This document shows positions 27,533 to 41,605 of a DNA stretch of 64,000 nucleotides, piece by piece; within the stretch, counting starts at the first letter, position 1, and every line of letters starts with the position of its first letter. The notes under the pieces were generated by a model. The model worked only from the letters and a program-made list of their open reading frames with translations. It ran no database searches and was not told where the DNA came from. The translations under genes were made by a program, and so were the position numbers. Origin of the DNA: Lingula anatina (lineage: Eukaryota > Animalia > Brachiopoda); the NCBI GenBank assembly GCA_051362555.1, contig CM120643.1:18294848-18358847 (forward strand), read 5' to 3'.

Positions 27533-27582
<50 letters not shown>

Positions 27583-27595
27583 GTCTGTCTGCCTG

Positions 27596-27627
<32 letters not shown>
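27533..27627. repeat. (TTTC)n microsatellite
   Basis: Tetranucleotide run with TCTG interruptions. Confidence 0.95.
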
Positions 27628-27749
27628 TTTTTTTTTCTTACTGTATTTATTTATTTGTTTCTGTGAATTTCATCTACTGGAGAACAGACAGGAGAAAGTT
27701 TTCAAAAAAGATCTTGATAAGAAGGATAACCCGGTGTGAGAAACGTGCC

Positions 27750-27897
27750 GGCCGCGATCACGGAGGCTCTCAGAGTGGTACTGTATCAGATCATCACCTC
27801 AAAACAAGACCACCAAAAATGTCCCCACTGTGCACCTGTTGCCTCAAAGAGACTGAAAAATTTCTCACCAAGTGCCAGTTTCTATAAATTGTGCGCC
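27750..27897 (+). mobile_element. Possible non-LTR retrotransposon ORF2 C-terminal zinc-knuckle relic
   Basis: DHHLKTRPPKMSPLCTCCLKETEKFLTKCQFL*IVR resembles the LINE CCHC pattern (SPxCxC...ETxxHFLxxCxxY...R). The His is absent and the match is short. Confidence 0.3.
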
Positions 27898-28182
27898 TTC
27901 AGCCACTCGTCCGATAAGAAAAGAGGAAATGTTAGTGAAAATTAACTGGAAGTTTGTAGTAGTAGGTTTATTTGACAAGACAAGAAGAAACGCCTAAACG
28001 TCACACGTCAAGTTCAGGCGTGCAGGGCCATAAAAAGAAGCCTGCTGGTGAAACGGCGTGCCAGCATCCGCATCAAGGACGACCAAGCACCATATTTGAT
28101 TAAACTTCTCTCCAGAGATGACTTCTACAGGTATTTCGAAGGAGAACAAAACTGGAACAGATGTGGATTGTTTTTTTTTTTT

Positions 28183-28186
<4 letters not shown>

Positions 28187-28224
<38 letters not shown>

Positions 28225-28244
28225 TGTGTGTGCGTGCGTGTGTG
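28187..28244. repeat. Poly-T followed by (GT)n microsatellite
   Basis: Dinucleotide run. Confidence 0.95.
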
Positions 28245-28806
28245 CTTTTTGTTTGTTTGTTTCTTACATTTTTATGCTACAGGTAACAGTTCAAAATTAA
28301 TTGGTGTTTGTCTAAAATGAATCGGTGGGTCGCAGCATCTAATTTATCAAATTGAAGCCAATACGCGTCTCCCACATCATGGTAGGCTTTATGCCAATCA
28401 TATACTTAAACAGACTATATACGTAGTTGGATCTCCCAATTAACCTACTAACACCACTATTCTGATCAACTAAGGTTAAATATATGCAAGTAGCCTACCA
28501 GGTACATCTAAAGGTGTAGCCCCCCACACGAAGCCTGTGTTTTTTTATTTACATGTAGACGAAACACAGGCTAAACTTCATCGCTTGTAACATTATACTT
28601 AAAGGTAATAACGTTCAAAAACTACAACATATAGAACTTAATTTCACCTTTTCACATGTACCTGTTTTCTGTACGCATTTGCTCATTATTTGTCTTGATT
28701 ACGGATTTAAAATCGACAGAAAATAAAATCTTAGAATCCATGTTCTGCAGCGTATACTATTTCCAGCTTGGAATCTTATACATGTAGCGTGGTGATCCAT
28801 TACTCT

Positions 28807-29242
28807 AAACTAGAAAAGCACTCCGAAAGCGCAAACCTCTGCCAAGGCAGCAAAGTCTCCACCCAATGCCGTTTCACCCCCTAAATTTTCATTCTATAAT
28901 GATTTAGTTTTTTATTTTTGATTATTGATTGATTATTGATTGATTATTGATCCTGATCACCACCAAAAACTTATCATCTTTTCCTTGGCCCACTTCTGAC
29001 AGTTCCTGAAAATTCCATCAAAATCGGTCCATAACTTAGTTTTTTGATTTTAGATTATTGATTATTGATTGATTATGGATCCAGATCACCACCAAAAACT
29101 TATCACTTCTAAGTTAACCCATTTCTGACCTACCCTGAAAATTCCATTGAAATTCATCCATGACTTTTTGAGTTATTTTGATGACAAACAAACAAACAAA
29201 CAAACAGGGGAAAAAACATAACCTCCTTGGCGGAGGTAAAAA
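28807..29242 (-). mobile_element. Helentron-associated non-autonomous element (HINE / DINE-1-like)
   Basis: Read on the minus strand: T-run; 5' subTIR ACCTCCGCCAAGG with overlapping short IR GGAGGT; (GTTT)n microsatellite; two ~128-bp tandem core repeats (GATCACCACCAAAAACTTATCA...CCTGAAAATTCCAT on plus); 3' subTIR CCTTGGCAGAGGT; stem-loop GCGCTTTCGGAGTGC; then CTAG and a T-run. Confidence 0.85.
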
Positions 29243-31739
29243 TGTCTATTTTGCCTGAAAATTCGCTATGCGTGTTATTTCGCACCAGCGTATCGGGAGC
29301 CTTTACTTTTAATTGGCAGTGCGCTAGGTAAATGATACTTCTAGGCTCTTGAATATACTTGTAGTATGAACACATAATTAATTTGCGTGCAAACAAATAA
29401 ACATTTTGAATGTTTAGGACTAAACCAAAGTACAACATTTGATCTTGTGATGGGACACCACCACCCAAACACAAACGAGAATCTTGTTGCTGCTATAGAA
29501 TATGGATTTTAAGTATCATTTTCCCTCATATATAAATATTGCTTTTTATTTGAATTTCTTACATATTGTCAAATAATCACAATGGTTTTATTAACCTGTT
29601 AGTCTGCTACTATTGTGTTTCACGTGTCATTGGAACATAACTATAATGTAAATATTTGAAAAATTTAACAACGCTGTTAATGGCGTATAGCGACATGACT
29701 TCCAAACAAACAGGCTCATGATACATGTACCAGTATGTGATCGTTGTAAAATGTGCCTTCATTCATTATTATTATCTCAAAATGCACACCCGTCAGTTAC
29801 AATATAGACAAATAAAATACAAAAATAAAAATACAAAAATAGAAATAAAAATAAATAAGGAGACGTTTCTATGATAAAAAAATCTTCCTTCTACGATTGC
29901 GGAGTCAAGGCGAGGCAGTGAACCATGTGACCCCCCTCCTATTGTTTCGGAAGTATATCCCCCCTAGTCTCCTTTTGCACCCCCCCCCCCCCCCCGCCCT
30001 CCTCTCCCCCCCCCCCCCCCAAAAAAAAAATAATAAAATAAAATAAAAACGGAAACGAAAGAGAACAGCGGTTATTACCCTGGTCCACCATTTTCCTTAT
30101 GCACCCCCTTCACAACACACACTTAGTAAAACCCTACGGTACCTCCGGCATTTCTTTAAAACGGTGAAAGGATTAAGCTTTCGAAACTGGATACAGGGTG
30201 ACATCTTTTTCATTCAGCCGTGACACACGCGTGCATTTTAAATGGCATCTTCAGCACAATAGTGCTGATGCATCATGAGTTGTGCCATAAGCGGAATGTC
30301 CTTGCATTTGACAAGGGAGGCCACGGAAAATGGAAAAAACGTGGTTTCCATTGACTGATCTCGATAATGGACAAAATTAGAACAGCTAAATATAGATATA
30401 TGGATAGATTGATAGGTGTCTGCATTGCGCATCTAAAATGTTTTAATGGACTGCCCAAATATCGAAGTCATACCGGTACGTACGCAAACGACTAATTTTT
30501 TTAATCGGGGAAAGTGACAATTGCACAATCCACATATGAAAGCAATTCTGTTGTTGTTCTGCTTATCTTTTTTTATTTAATTTCATCTGATCTATTCCAT
30601 TTACTATCTTATTTATGTATGGTTGAAAAAAAAGAAACAAACATAAGGTGTTGCTACTTCAACGCAAGCAATATTCAACCTACTATAACTACATTACTAT
30701 GCCGATCACAGGATTATAAGTATTTGAAGGATATATAAATCCTTTTACGGTTAGGTTCAAAGGGCATTCGATGCCAGTTGAGGTCACAGACAAATTACGC
30801 CTTTCAACTCTCCAAGGTAAAACAGTAAACTAAAGCTTGTAGTCCATTTAAGGTGAGACGTGACGTGGTCGCCAATACATATCCACGTGAGAGTACACCA
30901 AGATTAAAGATCAACGTGATGGTGCGCACTGTACAGAAAATTTAAGCCATTTTCGTGCGCAGCCATAGCTAAAAAACACGTTTTTCTCAATTTAAAACCA
31001 CACTCACAGGCACATGTATGAAAAAATAATCATATGATTAATCCCTGTGTTAAGGAAGGTTTATACTATATTTGCACCTTTTTCTTATCTCTCACCTCTC
31101 CAGAATCATCCTTTATGGTATATTTTGTAGACCTAATAGTACATTTTTATTTATCATTAGTATAACTAATGACTAAAGAGCATTTGATTTAGATATATGA
31201 GATTGCCTTGTTGGCCAACTGAAAGATACTATTTCTTGCAGAGATGTTTGAAGCTCTGACATATCCGTCAGGCGTGTCCTGATCAACAGAAACGTCGTGT
31301 TTGACTACCGTTATTTGACATCTAAATAAAAAATAACTGTTTTTTAAGATATACATGTATCAGTTTGAACTTTTCAGCATACCGGCCATTCGTACCGCCA
31401 TTTTAGTTACCTAGAATCTACTGGTCCGAATCAGGAGTCACTGGTCCGAATATCTGATCAATGTATTAATAATGGTTGGGGTGTGGTTTTTATTAGACCA
31501 CCATTTTGGGTATTTTCGTAATGTGCTTTACTCTTACCCTTGAAGAATTGCACATAAGAATTGACCTTAGTAAGCACACTGTATTCTGATAGCTACATTT
31601 ATTTTTCTCTGGAAACACATTCACCAATTCATTAAAGAAGACTTTTCTGGAACATACACATATTACCTTTATGCGGGCTCATGACTAGTTGTCTTAAACA
31701 CGAAGAATCATTTTTCGGACCTTTCCCTTGTGGATGTGC

Positions 31740-32099
31740 CAATTTGACAGCAAAAATGTGCCCCTTGTTAACCTTTGCTGGAGGTACGTGCCTTCACGAG
31801 TTTGCACTTTAAGACTGCGTACCAGAACAAAAGAACCGACATCCTCTAGCTTCAAATGTACAGCGTTAAAAATGAGAGCATCCGCGACCTCCTGGTAAAT
31901 GCCCTGGCTGACAGTATAATCCGGCCGTCTGCTTAACACGCCAAAGAAGAAATCTCGCACCATCAGTAAATCAGGCATGCCTCCAAGGACGTATCCCACA
32001 GCAATGGGGTTGTCGGGTCCATTCCTAGTAACGGTTCGTCCTCTGTTGTGTCAAAAAGTTTTCTCTAGCGTACACTTCGTCTTAGACCACGAATCAGGC

Positions 32100-32100
<1 letters not shown>
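31740..32100 (-). mobile_element. Highly decayed Tc1-like transposase fragment
   Basis: Minus frame LTQQRTNRY*EWTRQPHCCGIRPWRHA*FTDGARFLLWRV then DGR (frameshift) matches the Tc1 pattern LTxxHxxxRLxWAxxHxxWxxxxWxxVxF(S/T)DESRFxLxxxDGR; no TIR found. Confidence 0.6.
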
Positions 32101-32136
<36 letters not shown>

Positions 32137-33415
32137 CTCCTTTGGGCTCTAAGTCTAAACATTGACACCTTTCAAATTTCCAGAGTGGTTTGCATCGGCA
32201 AACACTACGTCATTGATGTACAAGTGCCCGGGAAATTTGCCCAGTTCTGTTATACAGGGTTCACAATTTTAACCAGCCATTTTGCAATACTCAAGGAGTT
32301 TAGTTCACTTTCATAACTTGAAAAATGTTTATTGATCAATGCTACAGCCAGTCATATCAAGGTTTTGCGACAATTATCACAGAAAACATTTCAATAGGAA
32401 TTGTATTTCTAATTTTCAAAATATTCCATCGTTTCAGCAAGAGTGTACTTGTTAAAAAAAGTTAAAAAGGCACGAAAATAGATTTATGCTGCATGATATG
32501 TGTTATTAAATTACTTAATGTTTTTTCAATTTTAAATTAGAATGTTCCGCTCAAATATAAGCCATGAAAACATGAAAACTGAGATCATTTTAGCTTTTAT
32601 TCTTAAGTAAAACAATTGAATTTTAACTGGTAATAACATGAAGGTCTGTCCTTCATTCTCATGGAAGAATAATAACATCCATGTTAAATAAATATAAGCT
32701 TACTTTCTTATTTGTAAGTGCTTTTGGTCAAAATAAAATATAATCTGTGACAATTAGGGATGAAATTTGGGGTTTTGAGAAAAAAAATTCCATTACTCTA
32801 TAGATTACCCATATATCTCTACCATACTTAAAAACGGACTAGATGCAGTGTGATCGCGGAAGGTATACTACACTGAAGTATCTACTTCATTTTGCGTGGG
32901 GATACTAACTGGTTTGCTAAAAATGTCATAAAATGCAATATTTCTCTTATATCATACAGCAGGACGATTTTGCCTACAAGGTCTGCACGCACCAATAATT
33001 AATCAGATGACCTTATTGGCCTGATTATTGGCCTGATAAGAAGGATGGACAGGCGAGAAAGGCTGACTGACACAACACAGAATATTTGAATCCATTTTCA
33101 ACAGACTGCGATGGGAAATGAAAATGGTATATATTCGTATATCACTATCAAAAATACACCCGCATGCACACGAAATGAAAGGACCAAAAAGTTTGCGTGT
33201 TGTTCTGTCATTTAGTGTCGACGAGGTTTCCATAAATTCCACCAACGGGCTCGAGGGTGACGTTTTTAGCGCAACCTTGTCACCTAGAATACAGTATTGC
33301 ATGACCAGATTGTGTGTGTCTCTTTCATTAATTGTTGACGCGGTTTTCATTAAAATCAACCAAGGGTCTTACTGGTTGACAGATCTAGGACAAGCTTTTC
33401 ACCTAGAATACAGTA

Positions 33416-33674
33416 GGGGAGACCGGGGCTAGCTGGGCCCCGGGGTAAGTAGCCCCCCCCCCCCCCCCCCCATCAAATTATGACAAAGTAACTATGGGGT
33501 AAAATAATTGATCACATCATTTTGTTAAATGACCGTATCCAATAGTGCTAAGAAAGCGTCGGCAGTGAGTCCAAATGAACTAATTTAGCATCTTAAAGTA
33601 ACTCTATTTAAGAGACTTGATGGGGGGAGGAGGGGGGCAACTTTTCCCGGGGTCCAACTAGCCCCAATCTCCCC
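33416..33674. mobile_element. Tc1/mariner-pogo-type MITE
   Basis: TIR GGGGAGACCGGGGCTAG(C)TGG / CCAACTAGCCCCAATCTCCCC with TA on both flanks (33414-5, 33675-6) and internally repeated CC(C)GGGG subterminal motifs. Confidence 0.8.
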
Positions 33675-35994
33675 TACTTCTGCAAAGATACATTTAAGGT
33701 AAATCTGTACAACAATACATAAAATATAGCTTGACTTTATAACCTCTGCGTCTTGTCCTTCAAATAAATATGTGAAAAACCTAGACGAGGACATATGTCT
33801 CGTCTGTCGTCTACTCAGTAGATAAAAAATGGTTTATTGCAGCTGTATAAAGAAACTTTTGTGAGTTTGTCTGACATCGGAAGGATGATAAGATGGCACG
33901 AAAGGTGATTATTCAGGAGCAAGAGATTGAGTGTTTTAGAACTCGACACTTAGATTCATTTATCAAGGTAATGAAATAAACGTGGTTCTTCAGACTACTT
34001 AATAATGACATTGGATATTGTAACGAGTCTAATGACATTTATTGCACTTGCCTTCGCTACACTGTACCCAGTACAACTTTACTCTACCAGTAGGTGGGGT
34101 GTATAATACGTTATTTGTATAGGACTCTTGTTGTACTTAACTTAAATACATGTACGAATGCATCATTTGAGGGGCACATTAAAAGCTCCAATTTTGTATC
34201 ATCTGTTTCTTGTGTTAAGTTGCCAATTTATCTTTTACTAGCACACTGTTTGTGCCAAAAAATATTAACGCAAGATCAAAGTGAATTGGATAAATGATTT
34301 CTCTATATGAGATAATCAAAGATAAGTATAGAATTACGATTTCGGTTATATTATGGCACGTCAAAAATTGCATTAATGGGACTTAAACCCGTTCTACATG
34401 TATGAAACAACGACATGTACGACAACGTGGCGCGCAGAACGACTGCCCCGGTTTTTTTTCACAATAAACACATATCAGAATCAAGCACCACGTCTACTGG
34501 TAGGCTGACTCTATGGGAATAAAATAAAATGGCATACTTGAATGACATTACACAGATTATCACGAGACAGCGTATATGTGGTATTGCAAAAATGGAAGCA
34601 AATAAACACTGCTTTTCAAACTGCTAAACTCTGATCAATACTGTAGACATACAGTGTTGTAACGTATGAACAAAAATCGAGAATTGGACGGAAGAAATAC
34701 GATAAAAATTCAGTATCACAGGGTAGTTACGAGTAATTTGACAGAATTCAGGAATAGAAACAAGATACTATGACGCATTATTCTTAATGATAATCATAAT
34801 AATAGACAATGCATATTTGTGCACATATGGAGTTTACAAACAAAGCGAGCGTGAAATCTGGGTAACGTTTTGTCATTGTGTCTCACTACTGTTCGTCTTT
34901 CTTACAAGACCCAAAGAAATAAATTCTTAGCATAAAAACCACCTTATCTGCCTCAACCTAACCATGGCCCTAGCCTACCAGCTACACAGGCTACCAGTAT
35001 AGTGTAGTAATGGGCAATGACACGTTTTAAAACAGCTTTCTGCGTGGCAATACACATAAGTATTAATACATACGCAACCTTCGTGTTAACCCCAATAAAC
35101 ACTCAAATTAATTGTTTGAAATACGCCATTAATTGTCTGAAATGTACATGACCTGATGTTACAAATAAGAAATCACGTGGTTTCCCCTCCGAATTTAAAT
35201 CGCTTTATAATAAAATATATTGAGTCCAAAATCCATATAATGTTCAGCTGACCGTACAAAATAACATAAATAAAAGTTAATATAATAAAATGATTAAGAT
35301 ATAAATTTATATAAAATTACAGTTTGACTTCTAAAAAGTCATTGAAAGTTTAAAAAAATCCAAGATCTCGCTTATGTAACTTAAATTTATTTTTACAACT
35401 TGAAAAAAAACTTTTCAACTAAAACACTTTTCAAAATGTGTATTTTCAATTTTTTTTTAAACGATTCCTGTGCTCATACATGTATTTATCTAGGCAAATT
35501 GGAAGTTAGTCCACTCTACCGATGCAGCTATACAAAATGCTATCTCACTATGTGTTTTTATCCTAGCTTTGGGAGTTTCCAGTAAAAGTTTGTCACCAGA
35601 CCTCAGGGTACTTTGAAGGTTATTATAATTAATAAGATCAGTTATATATGATGAAGTTAGTTTATAAAATGCAGCACGTGTAGAAACTAAACTCTAAGTA
35701 AAATTCTAGCCCTGAATGGCACTCAGTGCAGCTGCTTTAAAATTGGAGTAATATGGCAATCTCTACGTTGTAACATTAAAAGCCTTGCCGAAATATTAGG
35801 AATATGTTGTTATCTTTTAATCTTATCATCTGAATTTGGATCCATATAGTGACTTATGTATGTATAACAGTAGCAACAGGTGATTGATTTACATATTTTC
35901 TTATAGTGCCAATCTTCCGAATGTTAATTAGGCACTATTTGATAATGTTGGAGATCTGTCTGTCCATTGAAAGCGTAAAATCAAACTATACTCA

Positions 35995-36495
35995 AATTTT
36001 TTTACATGGAGGAGGTTATTCTTTTGGAGTAGCGGTCGAATTATTGCAGATTTAACCTATCTGGAAAAAAATCCCAAAGCGCAACATATGTTGATGATTT
36101 CCACGAACCAGGAATGATGACCGGATTGGATCTAACATGCAGGATGTCTTTCTGGTACTGAGCTGTTTATTATCTTCGTTACTTCACATGTGGCTGGTGG
36201 TCCAAACATAGTTATAGATGACTGCAGTTCTTTTTAAAGTTCTTGCAGAGGTGGGTGCGATGGTGTAGCTGCAGTCTTTTCTAGTGCTGAAAGCTCAGCT
36301 TTGATATTGCTGACTTCATACAAAAAAGAAAAAAAAACTCCCCCATGATGGTAGCAAGACCTTTCAAAGAATCTGTTTTGAGATACTTAGAGCAATTTTT
36401 TTTTCAAGAATAATGTTTACAGATCTAAATAAATAAAGCCTTGGTATCACCATTAGATTTTTGTATCTTTTCAGAATAATTTCTTTCCCTAGCCA
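35995..36495 (-). mobile_element. L2/CR1-group LINE ORF2 internal fragment (pre-RT region), decayed
   Basis: Minus translation across frameshifts: ARERNYSEKIQKSNGDTKALF-RSVNIIL...LATIMGEFF...VSNIKAEL...CEVTKIINSS..KTSCMLDPI...VEIINICCALGFFPD..KSAIIRPLLQK. These are the classic L2 motifs SCxLDPIP and IINxSLxxGxFPxxxKxAxVxPLLKK. Confidence 0.88.
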
Positions 36496-37738
36496 ACAGC
36501 AAATCGAGCGTGGGACCATCCTTCTCTATTACTGTCACCATTCTGTGTACGATTGAAAGAATTCATCTGGCTTAAAATACCCCTCCACTCACACTCACAC
36601 ACACACTGGATCGAGTTCGATGCGTCGTCCACCCTTATCTGCCACGCTTGTATGCTCCAGTGCTGCTGGTATTATTCTGAGATGAACATCAGCTCCTTCG
36701 TCGTGACCTCTTGGTCACCCCTGAGCTTGAGGAGAATACACTTGGAAAATGAACGGCTGAGTAGGGAGGTTGTTCTAGTGGACGGCCCTTACAACTACCC
36801 TGGAGTGAGCTTGGCAGTGACATGTACGAGATTCTAGACAAAATAAGAGGTCACAGTATAACGCAAAATTTATACCACGTTAAAGGCAGTGATCAAGTCA
36901 GTCATTTCGTAACTCTTGGATACTTATTGCCACATGTTAATAGGTCTAATCGTAGTCTGTGATCTACAGAAAATACATCTATGTATCCAACCCTATTTTA
37001 TTATTTTATTGAAATAAAAAAACGCATGACCTGTGTTTGACACCAGTACGCATTTTTATATGTGGAGATTTATGGATTTATCGTTAACTGAAGAAGATCA
37101 AATATTTGGTCTAAAATAAAAGTTTAGACCATTCTCCAGGCTTAAGTTTGTTTGTGGACTCCCTATTCACTGGCCTGACCCAGTTTTCTGAAATGTACCA
37201 TACAACGATTGCAGCAGCGGTGATTGCCCCTAAGGCGAGACGAGATTATGTACCCTCGAAACCGATATCTTCGGAGTGTACTTTTTGTGGAATAACGGCA
37301 TAAAAAATGGTTGGGACGACAGGAATCAGATTTAAAGAAAAAATGAATTTCTGATAAAAGCCCACGGTCATCAATCATGGGACCAACAAACGTATTTTTT
37401 TAATAACAGTCCTGCCCGATATGTATTTGTTGACAGATAAATGCACGTGCGACTGAAACTCCATATGTGAAATAATGGTCATTAGCGATAGTATAGTATT
37501 GGTTTTGTGGATAGTACCTTCAACCCGTTCAGTGTACTTTATAATGGATGATTACATGTAACTTAGGTTGACCGACCGTACGAAAGAGCAGGTCCCTAAC
37601 GTGTTTGTACGTAAACGGCGTGGAAAGCTGTTCCTTGTAGCTTGTCTAATACGATGTCCCTGGTGATTCAGGGTTGCTGAACCTGCGTATATGTTCAACT
37701 GGAAAATGGAAATTAGTGCAAACCTGTAAATGTATGCC

Positions 37739-37772
<34 letters not shown>

Positions 37773-37782
37773 TGTGTGTGTG
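37739..37782. repeat. (GT)n microsatellite
   Basis: Dinucleotide run; similar simple repeats at 32103-32134 (GT) and 39538-39581 (CT). Confidence 0.95.
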
Positions 37783-39543
37783 CCCGCCAACGTGCGTGTG
37801 TGTTTGTGTTGATGCGACCGTGCCTTTCTGATGCGCCATTGTTTTTTTGCATGTTTAACACATATTGTAGTTACACACTTCAAGAAGAACATTAAAATAA
37901 CGAACTGAAACAAAATAATAATTTGCTTATTGGTTGCGTGCATTACCCCATTTTAAATACAGTATTGCACAGTGGTACTTCTTGAAACCCCCGCAAACAC
38001 ACGAAACAATAATGATCCAATTTTCTATCCGTCAAAAGCTATCTGCTACGCTTTTCATTTCGTTTCGCGGTTAGGGTATCGATTTTTCATTCTTGGCTGC
38101 AAAAATTTCCATCCGCTGTTATCACATCTACAAAGTCCGCCTACATGAACCTAACGTCCATTTGTTAAAAGGCAGGTTATAAAGAAGAACACAAACAAAG
38201 GTATTACTTTGCATAGAACATATCTCTGGATTAGGAACCGAACACAAGGTAAGGTACCCAGAGAACAAATTGATCACCAATGTTGTTGTGAAGAAATGGC
38301 TGTCTATCGTACCAGCTGGATAAGGCGAATAAGACACCGACTGTTAACCTTTTGAAACATATATTCAAGTATCGGACGTGCATACTTTGGGTATTCGGTT
38401 ATAGTTGTTTTCATCGTAGATGCAAATGTATTTTAATCAAAATTTTGAAAATAGTTTGCAAACGGTTGTTGGACGGAAAGTCACCTTGGGTACAAGGTTA
38501 CAACACTTACCACATACGGATGTTTTATGCAGAAATATATAGTATCATAACTTCCATATAGATTTCAAATTTTTTCAACAAATCTTGCAAGGACTTTGAA
38601 AAATAATTACCTAAGCAAAGGCATTTGTGAACTCGGGACTTCCAGGTCCCCCGTCCCTCTTTTCAAAAGGCAAAATGGCTGAAAATTCCCGTGGAGATAA
38701 GACTGTTCCGCAGCTAAATTGCTCCATATTTTAAAAAACAAATATCCACTATTCCATTCTCATTCGCGACATGACTGTTTTGGAGGTGCACAGCAGATTA
38801 TTTTACAACCAAATTCAACATACAGTATGCTGTAAAGTCCAAAATGACCGACTTGAAATACATTTGAATTTACCTAATTAGGTGTTTCTTTTCCATGGGA
38901 ATGCCACACCTAACAGTGGCTCTAACATGCTTATTCTACATATATGTTAATGTTTCCAAAAAGATAGAAATATGAAACATACGTTAGGCACGATTCCTAG
39001 CAGTTGTATAAACATCGTGTAGCATATGGTAGGTGAAATAACCATGGCGGCGCAATGGTATCACGAAAGGAAAGTGTGCTCCTTTTTTACTGTGCATGAA
39101 AATACCCATTTGGTTCATTCAATATTGTATTATTTCCTACATTTTTTTCCGTTCTGCTTAATTAAAAGAACGTGTATAGCACACAATGATATTGCTCAAT
39201 CTTCAAACAATTTCTCTTCAATTCATTGATTTATTGTAACAAAAACGCGCTATGAGTGATAAAGCAATACGATCGCTTCATCCATGTGTAAAATAAGACA
39301 CTTAATGTTCGTCAGATCTGATGCAGCATATGCAAAGACAATATTCATGTTTTCATATCTGGCTGCTTTAATCCAAATGTCAAGTCTCATCCCTCGAGAT
39401 TTTCGTTAGTTGCTGCCAATGGGCTTCACTTGACATCCATTAGTTTATTAATTCGACTACCTGCAAATGCATTTTAAGGTTCCATAGCTATGTAACATAT
39501 CCCCAATTGTCTCTTGCTACCTAAGATCAAAATTTAATCTCTC

Positions 39544-39581
<38 letters not shown>

Positions 39582-41136
39582 CGTTAATAATGGCTTTTGC
39601 ATTAAATCATTGTGTATAAAGCACTGCATATATAATTCATGTTAGGGGCATGGTTATCGACAGATACGACATGTAGCACTGATCAATAGTGCCAGCACCC
39701 CAAACTCAGACCCATGGTTTGGCCACTGAGCCAAATGGGTTCCAATGGGTTGGCCAAAATGGCCCACATGGGGAACGAATGGGTACAATGGAACTATTGG
39801 CAAATTCAAATCCATGGAATCCTGCCAAACAACTTCATATGTCAATGTCCTCTGTAGCGTGGAGGATCTCCAGCAAAAAATTAAACCATGATATACATGG
39901 GAATGGAGTAAATGAGATTAAAATTTTAGGTACTTACACGCGCGCATGCACAATTATATTTGTTTCTCCATCAAGTTCACCACTTATCAAGACGCTTACA
40001 GCTTCTGGAGATTAAGTCAATTTAGAGTATGAAATATTCATACAGATGCAGCTTGAGTATCACGAGTGTAGGTTGTTTTACCCATTTTAAAAGATGTAAT
40101 GCAATTTGTCTGAATTAGTGTGTGAGTGAACACAACTCTCTAAAAGTAGCACAGGAAGACCGCTGTGAATGTATGAGTTTACATATCAACGCGCAGTTCA
40201 AGCATATGTCTAATCATTGTGGTTTTATATACACAATGCTAGTCAAGCAGTGGTGACTCATTGTGTTATGAATATAATTTTAAAAAGAGCGTTAATCTGA
40301 TAAGTGATACTAGTTCTACTTAAAACATCTCCTTCTCATAGAATCCCCATCATTTTTTTTGGCATTATATTTAAAGATATAATAGTAGCTTTAGGTAGGA
40401 TAATTCATTTGATCGTCTGGTTGTCATGGTAACCCCTGTGCGGACCTGACGGAAAATACTTCCAATGTATTAAATGCAATCGTACTTGGCCTTTTAGTCA
40501 ACTATTACGTTTACTGAAAGAGCGGACATCACCGAGATTGCTAAATTGAGAAAGATCTGACATACGGATATTACTATTCAAGCCAGGCTCTTTAAGTCTT
40601 TTTGATAGAGATTCAAAGGCGACGGTGCAGTGTCACATAAACAAAGCGACCGGCAGCACTATCCCACGTTTTGAATAACGATCTCCGTAACGTGATGAAA
40701 ATCAATATTTTGAAAGAGCCTATCTATTCCGGTCTCTCACGGAATCTGTGCAATGCAATTTCCGAGTCTAAAAACGCATTGGGGTTAAGCTTCGCAGAAC
40801 GCTACAAATATCCCACTGAACATACATGCATACGTAGTGATCTTTAAAGACGTAAATGTCTGTATGTGGAGGGTGAACTAATGACTTTTTGAGAAAACGA
40901 AATTATCCGACACGTCACCATATACAGTCACCAAACTGAATGTTCTTTTTTTTTATTGACAGGAAAAGGCTAAAACTTTCACAAGATCAAACACGGGAAA
41001 ATGGCTCTTTAAATTAAATAAAACGCTTACATCACGCCTGGTTGCTTCATCCCGAGTATTTGAGTTTCCTGGTAACTTATCCTATCATCAGCATGCGTCT
41101 AAGGTGAATTTTCTAGTAATATCTGAAAACTACGTT

Positions 41137-41605
41137 TAATAATAATAATAATTTATTGGCTAAAATCGCAACCCAAAGGTTGAAGTTTTACAATGTGTCA
41201 ATAAATAAAATCAAAAGGTATTTAAAAGTAACTAAAAATTATAAACTAAAAGACCAAAGCTTTAAAACAAGACTTATAAGACAGTTTGGAGCAGTATTTT
41301 ACATGAAATTTAAAAGACTGTGCACTGTAAAAGATGATTTAAAACACTCCGTTTTCAAATTTGTTGCTGACCCTGAGATTTCTTGGGTTCTTTTCTTTAA
41401 ACAGACGGTGTAGCTTATTAAAATTCTTAATTTTTGTAAAAAAGTTCTTGAATAAAACGTCTCTTCTCTCCCTCAGTGAGGTGAGATTACTAGCCTGTAG
41501 GGCATCCATATAAGCATAAAATGGGTAAATAATTCTAAGAGCTCTCCTTTGAACAGATTCTAAGCATTCACATTGTTCGGCTGTGAGATCAATGTTTGGT
41601 AACCA
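41137..41605 (-). mobile_element. 5'-truncated L2/Crack/Daphne-type LINE 3' end
   Basis: Minus translation WLPNIDLTAEQCECLESVQRRALRIIYPFYAYMDALQASNLTSLRERRDVLFKNFFTKIKNFNKLHRLF...RNLR, then LKTECFKSSF, is a typical ORF2 C-terminus. It is followed by a short 3' UTR, AATAAA and a (TTA)n tail ending ~41137. Confidence 0.9.

Noticed and set aside
31694-31999. 101-aa minus-strand ORF as a host gene
   Set aside because: Better explained as a chance frame through a decayed Tc1 transposase
36560-37720. Two exon-like minus-strand blocks with acceptor-like sites (~36833, ~37698)
   Set aside because: Frames are interrupted by stops or unrecognisable; no consistent gene model
39654-40015. ORFs rich in W/G/P around ATGGG/CCCAT motifs
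   Set aside because: No family recognised; probably a decayed repeat with recurring short motifs
35995-41605. The two L2-type fragments as one interrupted element
   Set aside because: On the minus strand the 3' end (41.6-41.1 kb) lies upstream of the internal part (36.5-36.0 kb), the wrong order for a single copy
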